A stretch of DNA of 63,987 bases, filler included, from Octopus bimaculoides (GCF_001194135.2; 6 parts of 6 records of this genome joined end to end with filler, not necessarily neighbours in it), one strand, 5' to 3'. Counted from the first letter of the whole stretch, positions 1 through 13,920 are shown. Program-made: numbers and translations. The notes: generated by a model not told the origin, from the sequence alone.

Positions 1-45
<45 letters not shown>

Positions 46-199
46 ACATGTGTTTGTTTGTGTGTGTGTATATATGATGTGTGTATAGGATGCAAGAGGT
101 ATTTGGTTCTTCGAGAAAACAACTCTAATCTAGCAAAGCACAAATGTCTTTCAATAAAAATTGATGCACATGTTCTTCCCAGTCTTTCTGATAATAATA

Positions 200-1200
200 T
201 TCAATGAATTTATCATCAGCTACAATGACTACTTCTCTGCAGACCGGAATTATTAACATTCCTGCACTAAGTGGTCCTTATTTGTTTTTGGACATCATCT
301 GGACAATGTTGGCTTTTATTGTGAGGATGTTGATCAGTCTCCATTGCAGCAATGTTCCAAATGCTGTGGTCCATGGGATGTGAATCTGGAAAGATTGGAG
401 GCCACAAGTTTGGTGTCACATGATTTTAAAGATTGTCTGACGTTCATTCCTGGATTATGTAGGCTTTCAGAAAAGGTATTGAGGTTTGTTGAATTGCTTA
501 TGGCTTTCCATTATATACTTCATCCATTCAGGGCTTAACAACCATCTCCAAGCACTTCAATATATCAATTCTATAATTAATTCTAAGACCCTGTGAAAAG
601 AACATACAGTGGAATGACATGACCTTCATTACTCACCATTCCTAAAACCATCACAGTTGCTGGAAACTTAGTGTGCAGCATTCTGCAGACATCACAAGGA
701 TCTGCATCAACAAAGACCCAAAACATGCTATGTTTGGGACTACTTGACAAATCAAATCGTTTTCCCATGTCTTTTGCAGGCATGAATTGGCCTCTTCTCC
801 ATATATGTGATTTTTAATAAAAGTTTTTATGCACCACAGTTGTAATAATTTACGCTGACACCTGAAGTTCTTTGGTGGTGGCCTTCATTAATTTTCTAGG
901 ATCATTATCAATAATGTTTTGAACCTGTTTGTTGAATTGCAGTGTCTTCATAGTCTCTGAACACTTAGAATGTTTTTCTGTCCTTGTTACAGTTGAAACA
1001 TTCCCGTCAGAAGCTTCCAATTCCATCTGAATTCTGTGCACTAAAGATCTGGCAACAATTAAAAAGTTGGGCAATTTCTAAATTGCTGTGTTCCACACAC
1101 ATGGCTACAAGGATTGCATGTTTTTCATTTCTTGTGCCTAAATCACAAAAATAATTATAAAAATTCCCACCATTGACAAAATTCTTTGTGGTATTCAGTT
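200..1200 (-). mobile_element. Decayed Tc1/mariner-superfamily transposase remnant (intronic)
   Basis: Minus-strand fragments VQNIIDNDPRK, TKFPATVMVLGMVSNEGHV and HVTPNLWPP(x)PD(x)HPMDH resemble mariner VMVLG and WPPNSPDLNPLD motifs; many stops and frameshifts. Confidence 0.8.
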
Positions 1201-1395
1201 TACAAGTGTTTATGAGTTGAAATTCTGCTGGGCTTTACTTTCTGGGAAGGGGTGGGGTTGTGCTCAATTAAATAACACAGTGATGTGCTGGAATCGATAT
1301 AAACAACTAACCCTTCTCCTCCACATTTCTAGCCTTGTGTAAAATTATGAATATAAACATTTCTCATTTTATCTCTCTTTATTTCTTCCTTACAG

Positions 1396-1584
1396 CTTGA
1401 TCTCATAACAGATTTACTTGGTACTCCGAGTTTGGAAGACATGCGAACAGCATGTGAAGGAGCCAAAGCACACATGCTTCGTCAGCCACATAAACCAAAT
1501 TCTTTCACTGCCCTCTACTCCTTGTCTAGTCAAGCGACTCATGAAGCTATACACCTTGTCTCCCGCATGCTTGTTTTTAATCCA
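1396..1584 (+). CDS. NLK: Nemo-like kinase internal exon (kinase subdomains X-XI)
   Basis: ttacag|...|gtaagt; 189 nt, phase 0/0. Translates LDLITDLLGTPSLEDMRTACEGAKAHMLRQPHKPNSFTALYSLSSQATHEAIHLVSRMLVFNP, closely matching the known NLK segment LDLITDLLGTPSLEAMRTACEGAKAH...SSQATHEAVHLLCRMLVFDP. Confidence 0.96.
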
Positions 1585-2654
1585 GTAAGTTTTAAATTCT
1601 GAAATTTCTTTTCACTGCCTGATAATCCCTTACTGAGTCAGAAGTTAATTAATTTTTGTTCCAGCCCAGCATTGATCAAATAAGATTTATGGTCAAAGGC
1701 GCCATATCTGTATCCACTCCTGTTTTTTTTTTGGTGGGGGGGGGGGTTTAGCACAGTGTGTCCAAGATGAAATTGTCCACTGTTTCCATGCCCTTCTTTT
1801 CAAGACAGTAGTGTATGATTTAAGAGGGATTTAGCCTGTCTTTCTCACAGATTGAGTAATCAGGAACAGGTTCCTTGGTTGGCTCTTTGCTGTTGTTTAG
1901 TCCTAGGTTAGCATAGTCAACGAGTCATATGATCAAACAAATTTTTGCTATGATTTTTCTCTCTCTAATTTGTTAATTTGATTCTAATTGTTGAGCCCTT
2001 CTTCTAATTTTAGAATTGTAACCTGTTCTGTTACATACATCTCCACTGTATTTCAATCAGTTTGCTCTCCAATTGTCTTTAATTTTATTAACTTGAAGTG
2101 TGACTTGATCCTTTTTCACGTTAAAATAGGGACCAGTCATATCTTCATCTTCTTGCTTGTTTCAGTCATTTGACGGTGGCCATGCTGGAGCACCGCCTTC
2201 AAAATCTTTCAGTTGAATGAAACGACATCAGTACATTTTTTTTTAAAGCCTGGTACTTATTCCATCATTCCGTTTTGCTGAACTGCTATATGTTACTGGA
2301 ACGTAAACAGACCAACACTGGTTGTCAATCGGTGGTAGAGGACAAACACACACACACACACAGAGGCTTCTTTCAGTTTCCGTTTACCAAATCCACTGAC
2401 AAGGCTTTGATTGGACTGAGGCTATAATGGAAGATGTTTGGCTAAGGTGCCATGCAGTGGGACTGAACTTGGAACCATGGGGTTGGGAAGCAAGCTTCTT
2501 ACTACACAGCCACGCCTCTTAAGTTTATTAAATTGATTATATCCCTGCCTCTAACTTTATTTTCTTGCACTTCCATTAGAAATTTCCCTGATTGTTATAA
2601 TCATCCAGATTAATTATTGTCATATTAAAGACTTGTACATTTCTTCCCTTTCAG

Positions 2655-2853
2655 GACAAACGAATATCAGCAAGCGATGCTTTATCTCATCCCTACATAG
2701 ACGAGGGTCGTCTGCGATACCATTCCTGTATGTGTAAGTGTTGCCACAATGGCCCCTCCACCCGCCAATACACCACAGAATTTGAACCCTCCTGTCACCA
2801 GCCTTTTAACTACGACTTTGAAGACGACTTGATATCTGTGCAAAAGGTCAAAG
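2655..2853 (+). CDS. NLK: Nemo-like kinase exon (end of kinase domain, YHxCMCKCC motif)
   Basis: ttcccttttcag-type acceptor (cag at 2652-2654) and gtgggt donor; 199 nt, phase 0/1. DKRISASDALSHPYIDEGRLRYHSCMCKCCHNGPSTRQYTTEFEPSCHQPFNYDFEDDLISVQKVK contains the NLK signature HPYLDEGRLRYHTCMCKCC. Confidence 0.96.
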
Positions 2854-2972
2854 GTGGGTAAATTCACAGGAATTGAGATTATTGTCTCTAAAATGTAACA
2901 ACTTTACACAGAGAACCCCTACTTTCCTGAAGCTATGGAAATAGTTATGTATAGAAACAGATTGACTGCTTG

Positions 2973-3003
<31 letters not shown>

Positions 3004-3794
3004 ACGAAGGTGGCTAGATGCAATATAAAATCAAAAAGGAAAGATTCAAATGTCATTAAAAGTGACTGAGGGTGCAGGGTAGCACCTACATTGCTAGAAA
3101 CAAGAGTCAAAGACTTATAGCCATGAAGAGCACATTGTCTATGTGCTGACAAGGGAGATAACTGCCCCACAGCAAGTGAGGTCACAATACTAGCAAGCTA
3201 GTTTTGCTCGGAATTAAAGGACATCAGTAGTGATTACTCAATCACTTATGGTTAAGCTAAATCCTACCTATCAATATTTACCATATGAATCAATGAATGA
3301 TTCAGCAAATTGGTAATGTCAAAATTATTTTTTTAAAGCTGAAAAACATTTTCACTAATTATTATTCAGTTTCATGTAACCATTCATCAGACAACTGTGA
3401 TAATACAGAATAATTAAATTATGTGAGCATATGTAATATAGTATTTAGTGAATACAGTTCAATAATGAATAAGCATTTCAATCTGATTGAGTAAATAGTT
3501 TCCTGAAGAATAACAGTGTATAATTGGCTGCCAGTGGGAGTTGATCGTAGAATGGAAATGAATATAAATAAAAGTGGAATAAAAAATTTTTTTAGATAAA
3601 TGTATAAAAATGAGTAAACAAAACTACAGAATAAAATAGACTATGTCCATATATGGGAATTGCAAATAGAATGGATAAAATAAAGTAGTAAAAGAGGGGT
3701 TTAAAATTGAGACTAGAATTAAAGTTAAAGATTAAAGCTGTATTTGAGAATAAAATATGTAGACAAGTAAAAAAATGCACTAAAGAAAAAGACT

Positions 3795-3935
3795 GTTGAC
3801 ACAATGAAATATAGGTTTGGTGAGATTGTTGAAATGCTTAAATGGAGACATATTGATGTATGCAGTGTGCAAGAAGAACAATGAAGTGGAGCCTCAACTA
3901 AACCACTCATGGTCAGAGGACATAAATACAAAATA
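3795..3935 (+). mobile_element. RTE-like LINE AP-endonuclease N-terminal fragment
   Basis: TMKYRFGEIVEMLKWRHIDVCSVQEEQ*SGAS...HKYK resembles the RTE APE motif EIVEML.RR.VD.CCVQE.RW. Confidence 0.5.
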
Positions 3936-4475
3936 AAGGAGAGTAGTTATGCTATGGGGTGTAAAGGGACCCTTTTAATGTGTTAGATGTCTTATGAACA
4001 ACATAACCAACCCACAAGCATGTCAACCCAGTGAGTTACAAATGACCTCTGTAATATAAAATTTGACTGTTAAAGTTAGAAACTTGATGAATTTGGTACA
4101 TTGGCCAGACAGGTACTGTCTTGTAGGCTCACCACCCTTTTAAAACAAGGAACAATTACAATACATTAAATCACACACTTTAAAACAAAACTAAACAGAA
4201 AAAATATCAACAGATAATATATCAGAACACAAAGCTAAAATGGGTTACAAAAGTAGAAGATTTTTCTTGAGTTTCATAAGGCCCATTCCCAAAGGAGGCA
4301 GCTTGAGGTCAAGATTTACTCACCACCTTTCCTAAGCTGTTGATGGTCGTGTTGTCAACTTATTCAAAGGTGTATAAGTATGTACTTAAGCAGATGTTCA
4401 TACACATAAACATATAGGCATACAGGTACATCTATGGACAATATATCAATTTTATTTTCTATTTTCTATTTCCAG

Positions 4476-4572
4476 AAAAATTGCATAAATTCATAGTGGA
4501 ACAGCAGCAGCGGAACAAGAGGATCCCATTGTGTCTGAATCCCAATTCAGTTGCTTTTAAAACATTTGCTAG
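4476..4572 (+). CDS. NLK: Nemo-like kinase C-terminal-region exon
   Basis: ttctatttccag|...AG|gtaagc; 97 nt, phase 1/2. (E)KLHKFIVEQQQRNKRIPLCLNPNSVAFKTFA matches NLK ...IHQFILEQQKGNRVPLCINPQSAAFKSF. Confidence 0.93.
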
Positions 4573-4971
4573 GTAAGCGTCCGGCCAGCCCAGTGGCCTG
4601 AGCATTTGTACAAAATAGTGTGAATCCTTAAAACTATCAATGCATTTCAGAAAAGAAGAAAATGAAGAAAAAACAAACACAAAGACATAACATAATTCAT
4701 AATTAAGTGGAAACCAAGTACAAGAAAAAAAAAAGTATATATACACATATTCACACGTTTGTGAGTGTGTGGTGTGCACATACAAACATATATACACATA
4801 AATGTTTGTGTGTGTGTTTGTGTATAATATATATTTGCTCCAGTATGACCATGGCCAACAGGCTATAGTAAATGAGCATACGTACATCTATGTGTACATA
4901 TGTATTTTTCTTTGTGTGAGTGTATATTTACATATACTTGTATATATAAGCATATGTGTGTATATATAAGC

Positions 4972-5014
<43 letters not shown>

Positions 5015-5151
5015 GTGTGTGTATATATATGTGTGTGTGTGTTCATGCTTTATCATCATTTCAATATCCACTTTACCATGTGTTCATATGGGTCAGGAGT
5101 TTATTGAGGAAGATTTTCTATAGCTGTATACCCTTCCTGTTGCCATACAGT

Positions 5152-5201
<50 letters not shown>

Positions 5202-5340
5202 CATCCATACACACACACATTCGTGAATATATATATGCATATGTATACATATACACTCACACACAGGCATACAAATTTTATATAGGTGTAATTTATATAT
5301 GTAATATATATTAAATATACTGCATCTTTGTGTGAGTGTG

Positions 5341-5378
<38 letters not shown>

Positions 5379-7809
5379 ATTTGTGTGAATATGTATGTAT
5401 ATGTTTATTTATAGAAGTGTATATGTTTTTATCTGTATGTTTATATTCGTGTGTGTATATGTTTGGAGGGAGAGAGTGAGTTGAGAGGGTGTGTGAACAA
5501 GGCTTTTTGCCAGTGGATAGGAAAAGAAAGGAGTAAAAAATAGTGTAGTAAGAAGATGGAAATACTACAAAATAACTCTGTTCCTTGTGAACTGTTGGCC
5601 CCTGTTTTTATTTTCACCACCACTACCACCATTTGTAATCTTTCATAACTACTCTGATCACCTTTGCTATTATCACAACCATCACCACGGTCCGATGAGC
5701 AGGATGGACGTACTTGACCTACTAAAAATAACACAAACAAGAAGAAACAATGCATTGGAGAATGTGGATATAACCAAAGAAAGATAAGTATTGGTACCAT
5801 TGCGAATAGGGTTTCATAGATTAGGGGCTGGATAATTATGTTGCAATTCGCAGGAACTCAGACACTATGTCACCACTGCGATCCACCCACCCCACTCAAT
5901 TCATCACAAATGTTGTTGTTGCTGTCATTATCGTTTATCACTATTTTATTTAATCAACAATTGTCAGGATGGATGGAGAGAGATGGATTGTTACAGTCTT
6001 GCCAAAGAAATGAGATGTTGTAATGAAGACAGGGGCTGGGTGGGTGAAAAGCCCAACAAAAGTTGAAAAAGAAAGAAGGCAGAAAACATATTGAAACAAA
6101 AACAGTTAAAGTTGACAAGAACACAAAATTTGGAAAATTCTTCTAAAAAAGGGACAGATGGATTGTATTTTAGAGTGGGGCCAATGATGTTGAAACAAGG
6201 CATTATTTTGGTTTTTAGAGAAAGAAAAAGAAACTTATGGTGAAAAATTAATTAATATATAATCAAGGTCCACTTTGCCTTTCGTCTTAACAGGGTCAAT
6301 AAAATAAGAACCAGTTGAACACTTGGGGTTGATGTACTCAACTGACTCCTTCACACGAACTTGCTGGCCTTGTGCCAAAATTCGAAAGCATTATTAAGAT
6401 GGTGAGCTGGCAGAATTGTTAGCATGCTGGCCAGGATACTTAGCAGCATTCTGAGTTCAAATCCCACTGATGTCAACTTTACCTTTTATCCTTCCAGGGT
6501 CGATAAAATAAGTACCAGTCAAGTACTGGGGCTCGATGTAAACTGACTTTCCCCACTTCCCCAAGCTTGCAGACCTTGTGCCAAAATTTGATACCAATAT
6601 ATCTTATGTCTTAGACCTCATTAGGACAAAGCTTATCCTGGCTTCTGAGGTGTCAGACAACAGAGTTGAAGGCCTCAACCGCTGGATAGGATGCAAGTCC
6701 ATAAAAAGTTAAGTCTCCAGCTGCTAGTAAGATCAGCCACTTGTAGAGTAAACTGGAACAATATTAAATAACATTGCACAATGGAGACAATGTAGCACAT
6801 GATGTGGGAAGTGAACACAATGGCCTTATGGTCATGTGCCCTCTAACAAAAAGGCTTTATGCCTTCTCTCTCTATATATATATGTGTGTGTGTGTGTGTA
6901 TATATGTATATATATTGATGTTCATCTTTATGTTTAATTATAATAAAAACAATTTTACATTAATCTGATGGGTTACTCCATACTTTTGTAGAGTCTTAAA
7001 CAAGAATATTCTTGACTGGCTTTCAAGTTTTGGTCACCTAAACCAGTCTGATGATGGCATAGCTGGCTGAAACTTCAAAGTCACTGTCAACATTCTTGCT
7101 TAAGAATAACAAGTATATGTGTGTGTGTGTGTACATAATGTGCTGTTGACCAGTTTTCCTTGGACCAAATGCCAACATAGTAGATATTGGTCTGCTCAAG
7201 GTTGACCCAATGTAGAAGACAGAGCCAGTCCTCTGTTCTCTGGCTTCAAAGATGTTGACTCTAGGTCAAAAACCTTTTGGATACAGCACATCACTTACAG
7301 CTTCAAGCACTTCCTTCCCCCCCCCCCTATTGCTCTTCCCCTCTCTCTGTGCATTTGCGATTGTGCATCTTCGTGTACAGCTGGGTTACTCTATATATCA
7401 TTCTGTGCACAGATGTCGGTTTGTGGTGGAGGTTAGCGTTTTGTTCCTAAGTATATGTGTATTATATTGTGTTATATATGTTTGTGTGTGTGTGTGTTAA
7501 CTGGTACTTCATTGGTTGTAACAACTAGTGTTCCAGTTGATTTGATCAACAGAAGATCCTTCTCATAACGTGCAAGTGGCTGAGCTCTTCACAGACACGC
7601 ATATCCTCAATGACAGGAGATTCAGCATGATGAAGCTGACCCCTTTGAAATACAGGTACAACCCATTTTTGCCAGTTGAGTGGACTGGAGCAATAAAGTG
7701 AAATACAGTGTTTTGCTCAAGGACACAACACATCACCAAGTATTGAACTCATGACTGTATGGTCAGGAACTGAACACCTTAACCACTTAGCCATGCCCCT
7801 TCACTCTAC

Positions 7810-7866
<57 letters not shown>

Positions 7867-8009
7867 ACAGGCACACACACACATATATATATATATACAC
7901 ACACACATGCATACACACAATTTAATGTCCACTTTTCCAACATTGAGAAAAATCTTTGTTACAACCAAATCCTCTTCCTATCACCCCTGTAGTAATAATT
8001 GTAGTAAAA

Positions 8010-8372
8010 ATTGTTTGTCAACATAACATGGCAGTCATGGTTTAGGACTAATGTTGCTGTAATTTAACCCTGGGAGACATCGTGTCCAGCTGGCTATACG
8101 ACACAATCTGTGTCTTTATATTTTCAAACAAGGGAATCTAGCATCCCCACTCAGCCCAAAACAATATCTGTGTATCGCAATTTCTGGGTTATTTCTCTTC
8201 ATCGCGATACACAGATATTGTTTTGGGCTGAGTGGGGATGCTAGATTCCCTTGTTCGAAAATATAAGGATACAGATTGTGTCGTATAGCCAGCTGGAGAT
8301 GATGTCTCCTGGGGTTAAATTACAGCAACATTCGTCCTAAACCAGAACTGCCATGTTATGTTAACAAACAAT
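8010..8372. repeat. Long near-perfect inverted repeat (foldback/MITE-like)
   Basis: Arm 8010-8178 is the reverse complement of 8204-8372 with scattered mismatches; 25-nt loop. Confidence 0.92.
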
Positions 8373-9155
8373 CTTTAAGTACTGTTGCTGAATATCTCAC
8401 GTTGTGAGATTTGAAAATGGTAATTTTCTAAGGTAATATTTCCCCTCAATTTTTCCATCATGAACAGCTCATTGGCCAAACATGTTTTTATGGCAGATTG
8501 TAAACTATAATACAGTTTGTATGGATGTTAACCTTGTTTCTGTACAGCATGGAAACCCCAAGACAAGAGCATGGTACAGACACACTCACAATCTCATGCA
8601 CATGCAAGCATACACACATACAAATATATACATACACACATACGTACACACTCTCGCACATACTTATACATGCACACACACACTCACACATACATATATG
8701 TACATACACATACACACCTAGTAGAAGCTTCTGACAGTTTCTGTCTACCAAATTGGACTCAACTCATTGATTAGCGTGAGGCCCTAGTCGAAAGAAGCTG
8801 CTCACAGTGTCATGCATTGAGGTCAATCCCTAACTAACCCTTGTGGTTCTGAAGCAAACCTCCAAACCAGATAGTGCCTATAATTTGAAATGTCTGCTTC
8901 CTGGTTTTACACTTCCTCCTACATACTTACTGGCAGCTGATACATAAATGCCAAACAGATGCATTCATTCCACATATGTGAACACCCTGCCATACTGCTT
9001 CTTGTACCATTAGAACTACTGTTGCTGCTACCACTACTACAACAATTAGTAGTTCTAGTAGTGATAAGGACTCTGTAGAGATACAAGATGCTTGCTATGT
9101 AAACTCCTTGCCCAACTTGCTAGAAATAGAAACCAAATCACTCCTGCCATTTTAA

Positions 9156-9375
9156 CTCTTTAGCATTTAACCCAGCCATATCTAACTCAAATATTCTACT
9201 TGTTTTATATCCAAGCTAGCCATATCCAGCCTCTCACACCTACCCTGCAATGTCATTCAAAAAATAACCAATCACGTCATTGAAGTCTCAAAGCCGTGAG
9301 ATAATCCATGACTAATTGAAAATAAAGTGAATAAATAAGGATTACATTTGACAGATTAATCAGAACACTAAAGGG
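9156..9375 (+). mobile_element. TTAA-flanked (piggyBac-like) MITE, family 1
   Basis: TTAA|ctctttagcatt...acactaaaggg|TTAA: short TIRs and TTAA on both sides. The same internal sequence recurs at 9924-10344, 12974-13094 and about 18405-18555. Confidence 0.75.
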
Positions 9376-9908
9376 TTAAATAAAAACACATTGGACAATG
9401 TGATCATGAGTTCCCTGCTCCTAAGACAAATTTGGGATGGTCATGGCTGGAATGCCTTTGATCATAGGTCTATTCAATCTGGCTTGACTAATAACCTTTA
9501 ATTTCTTTTCATATCCATGAAAATTGGGCCCTTTTAATGTCGTGCCAACGTGTTTCAATTGACTGCGGAAATTAATCTAGAATTTGGAGAGATTTAACAA
9601 AATTATTGAATTAAACATTTGAGATACATTGTTGTTATTAACATTGGAATTCTTCGAATAATTAATTTGGGGGAGGGGGGATAGAGATATTTTTTTTAGA
9701 TATTTATGCCAGGAATTTCAGGTCTTGAACCTAGCTTAGAAAGTCAGTATTTAGTCAGTTAAATTACATTTTGGTTCATTTATTTTCCAGTCATCATCAG
9801 GTATTTTGTTGTCTAATGTGTATCTAGGGATAGCTTCAAGTCTAAACTAATAATAAAACCCCATGTCTTAGTTTCTCTGGTAGAATGCAGTAATTCTGTA
9901 CATATTGA

Positions 9909-10344
9909 CCCCTTAAAATTTCACCCTTCAGCATTCAGACTACTCTGTCAAATGTAATGCTTATTTATTCATATTATTTCCAATTAAACATGGATTATCT
10001 CATAACTTTAAGATTTTGATGATGTGATTGTAAAGTTTTATAATAACTGTAGGGTAGGTGTGAAAGGCTGGATCTGGTTGGCTTGAATATAAAACAGATG
10101 GAATATTTGGGCTGGATATGACTGGTTTGAATGCTAAAGGGTTAAACTGGCTATATCTGGCCCAGATATTCCACCTGTTTTATGTTCAAACCAGCCGGAT
10201 CTGGCCTCTCACATGTACCCTACACTGTCATTCTAAAAGTAAGAATCACACCATTGAAATTCCAAAGCTACAAGTATCATGAATTCTAAAGAATACGAAT
10301 AAATGAGCATTGCATTTGGCTAAAATTGGCTGAATGCTAAAGGG
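9909..10344. mobile_element. Two nested copies of TTAA MITE family 1 in opposite orientation
   Basis: Inner copy 9924-10141 (cccttcagcattc...gaatgctaaaggg|ttaa). The outer copy resumes at 10146 and ends gaatgctaaaggg at 10344; a degraded left end lies at 9909-9919. Confidence 0.65.
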
Positions 10345-12973
10345 TGAAGGAATGATAACAAAGTTGAGATCAAACTGATTGGAAATAGGTGTAATGTAAC
10401 AAGTAATATATAAATATATCTGTCACTTTGGCATAGCAATACTAATAACCTGATAATGGAACTCAACAGGTATCTGCTTCAGAACAAAGCATCAGTTTAG
10501 CTTCTTATGATGGTATGGCCTTTTAGTGTATAAATGTAAACACTTTCCCAAATAAAATTGCATTTTAGAAGCCCTGGTGAAGCTACGAAGGTGATACACA
10601 AGCACTCAACTATCAGTGCATTGCATCTTAAAACAGGAACAGCTGTAAAGTAATGAAGTTCACAACATAATTTCTTATTTCCTTGTCACTTTAATTTCTT
10701 ATATCTATATGTGTATGTATGTATGTATGTATGTATGTGTGCATATATATAAAACATTTTCTGTAATCTGTAGGTTACGAACTTTTGCTGTTGGATGACA
10801 AAAGTTTTAATTTCTTCCCTTCAAATGCATCTTGGCTCCCTATTTATATTTTTACTAATGTATCCTTCTTTAGTTTAACCCTCTTAATATTTAGTCATCT
10901 CTTCATTAAGTCTTGCTAATTATATGTGGTGGTGCTTCTAGGTTGTCAAAGCTTTGCTGTTTCACTTTTAAGGTTAATTTTATTATTTGGTAGAATCATG
11001 CAATGTTTGTTCTGCTCCTCACATTTTGGTTTCAAAGTCAGTGCTGCTTTTTATTCCACCAAAGTTGATAAAATACAGTTTCAGTCAAGTCTGGTGGATC
11101 TCCTCTGTCGACTCCAGTTGATATGAAAAAAATGAAAAAAACAATTGTTTGTTTCCATTTCTAGTTTGTCCAGATGGAAAACGGTTGCAACTCACAGAGA
11201 ATGAAAGAACTCAGCCTCGATAATAATTTATTAATTTGTTGTGAATATATTTGAGGCCCTGCTCAACAGATCACAACAAATTATGAACACTGCTACAGTG
11301 CTCCCCCCCCCCCCNNNNNNNNNNNNNNNNNNNNNNNNNNNNNNNNNNNNNNNNNNNNNNNNNNNNCCCCGCCTGATCCATTTCTACTTGCAACCAGCCT
11401 TCTGCTTCTCCTCTGCCCTTTCATTCAGTCGTCTCAAATATTTTTTCAGATTTGTTGTCAGGGTATGGCTGTACTGTGACACCACCTTCAAGACATTTTG
11501 GTCAAATCCTATTGACTCCTGTACCAATTCTCTTGCCCATTTTATCACTAAGTTCACCTTCTGTGCTTAGTGTCTGTATCGAGTTAGCTGCCCTTTAGGA
11601 ATATAAACCTTTCAGAATTCACACATTTTGTATATAGCACATCTGTCAGTTGCAACAACGCTTCCAGTTGATTCAAACAACAGAACAGTCAGCTGGTGAT
11701 ATTAACATGCAAGTGGCTGAGTACTCCACAGACATGCATTCCCTTAATGTTGTTCTCAGGGAGATTCAGCAAGACACAGAATATGACAAGGCTGGCCCCT
11801 TTGAATTACATGTACAAATCTTCAATGATTCCAGATCAATGTACCACATAGCAATACTTGTATACTAGCTACAAAGTCAGACTGATTTCTGAGTCCATGG
11901 TCACCAGTCTGAAATCTTTTATCTATCTAACAACACCAGCTCATTATATAGTTTTGTCCTCTTACTTAATTGTAGTAGCATAGCTACTTCAAGTACTGAT
12001 AGGGTTACGAGAACAGTAAAGTGTTTATGCTGTCACCAGAATTGTGTAAACAATGTAAGTAATTCTCTTAGTTTTTTTTCGTTTGTTTTTTTTTTGCTTT
12101 AGCCTCAACACAAAATTAAAAGATTTTTTTACTATTTTCTCTATCAAATATGTTAATATTAGTTTCACACTTGCAGAGCAGTGAGTTGGCAGAATTGTTA
12201 GCAGACCAAGCAAAATCCTTAGCGGCATTTCATCCATCTTTACATTCTGAGGTGGACTTTGCCTTTCAGCGTTTTGCAGTTGATAAAATAGGTACCAGAG
12301 GAGCCCTGGGGGTTGATCAACTTAATCCCCCAATCTGAAGTTGCTAACCATGTACCAAAAACTGAAGCCATTATTATTATTATTGTAAAAGTGGTGAGCT
12401 GGTAGAATCGTTAGCATGCCAGGCAAAATGCTGAGTGGTATTTCATCTGTCTTTATGTTCTGAGTTCAAATTCTGCTGGGGTCAACTTTGCCCTTCATCC
12501 TTTCAGGGTTGATAAAGTAAGTACCAGTGAAACACTGGGGGTCGATGTAATCGACTAGTCCTCTCCCACCAAATTTCAGGTTTTGTGCCTTTAGTTGAAA
12601 GGATTATTATTAAGACAACATAATGGCAGAGCCATTAGCATGCCGAGCAAAATGCTTAGTGATATTGCGTCAGTCTTTTCGTTCTGAGTTGACTTTTGCC
12701 CCTCATCCTTTTGGGGTGAATAAAGTAAGCACCAGTGGGGGTGGGGGTGTCAATGAAGTTGACTTAGACCTTCCCCTGAAATTGTTGGCTTTGTGTCAAA
12801 AAGTTGTTGCCAATATTAATTTCTTTTACTCTTTTGTAAGCCCTTGAGCAAGGTAGCTACATTTTTGTGAGCTCTCCTTCACCCTTACCTCACAGTTGAG
12901 AAGTAGGGGTCAACTGTAGGAAGTAGCATTCACCTGTGAAACTGGGTGCTCTGGAAAGTGCTACAGTCTTTAA

Positions 12974-13500
12974 CCCTTTGGCATTTCAGTGGGCTGCATC
13001 TGGCCAAAATATTCTGCCCCTTTTTATGTTCAGACTGGCTAGATCCAACCTTTCACACCTATCCTTCAATGCCATTCTGAAATAAACAATCATGTGGCTG
13101 TGTAGTAAAAAGTTTGCTTCTCATCCTCATTGTTCTGGGTTCAGTCCTGTGGTGTGAAACCTTGGGCAAGTATCCTTTTCTATAGCCTCAAGCAGACCAA
13201 TTTTCTGTGAGTGGATTTTGGTGGACAGAAATTGAAAGAAGCCTGTTGAGTATATATATTTGCGTGTTTTTGTCTGTTTTTACCCCCCACTGCTTGACAA
13301 CCAGTGTTGCTTTGTTTACATTCCTGTAACCTGGCAAGTTAGTGAAAGAAACTGATAGAATAAGTACTAGGCTTAAGAGGAAAAATAAGCACTGGAGTTG
13401 ATTTGTTTGACTAAAAATTCAGGTGGTGCCCCAGAATGGCCGCAGTCTAATGACTGAAACAAAGCCTTGCATTTGACAGAATAATCTGAATGCTGCAGAC
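12974..13500 (+). mobile_element. TTAA MITE family 1 copy interrupted by a tRNA-derived SINE (about 13095-13465)
   Basis: ttaa|ccctttggcatt at 12970-12985; MITE sequence resumes with tgcatttgacagaataatctgaatgct after the SINE. Confidence 0.6.
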
Positions 13501-13589
13501 TTGAAATGCATTTGCTTGGTTGCCTGTGTGTATAAGAAACGAGTGTCTGCGGTCATCTGCTCAGGACTAATTAAAAATACTGTTCAACA

Positions 13590-13920
13590 ACCATCATCAT
13601 CATCATCATCAATACTCAGGTGTGTGGGGGTGGGGGCATGCAGTGTTGCTGCATTCACTGATATCCCCTTCAGCGACCCATCAAGTGCTCTCCCAGTCAG
13701 CCCCCCATATCCGTGACCCCATCTACTGTGACTATGTGGCATGTGGTCAACCAACATAAGCCATTGACCCAGTCGGATCCTCAGTGAAGCGAACACAATA
13801 AGCAGGGTCTGACTGAGAAGACCGAGCAACATGGCCAAACAGCCTGAGCCGTGGGATTCAGGAGGGCCATCAATAGGACAGGCACTGACTTGATCTGTAA
13901 TCATTGAATCAGTTGTAACA
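13590..13920 (-). mobile_element. RTE-like LINE 3' end remnant
   Basis: Minus strand encodes RLRLFGHVAR (the RTE C-terminal LRWFGHV motif) and ends in a (GAT)n tail at about 13592-13610. Confidence 0.65.

Noticed and set aside
13618-13716. Phase-2-compatible acceptor giving ...PSSALPVSPPYP* as a possible NLK last exon
   Set aside because: Lies inside an antisense RTE remnant, and similarity to PSEMPPSP is weak.
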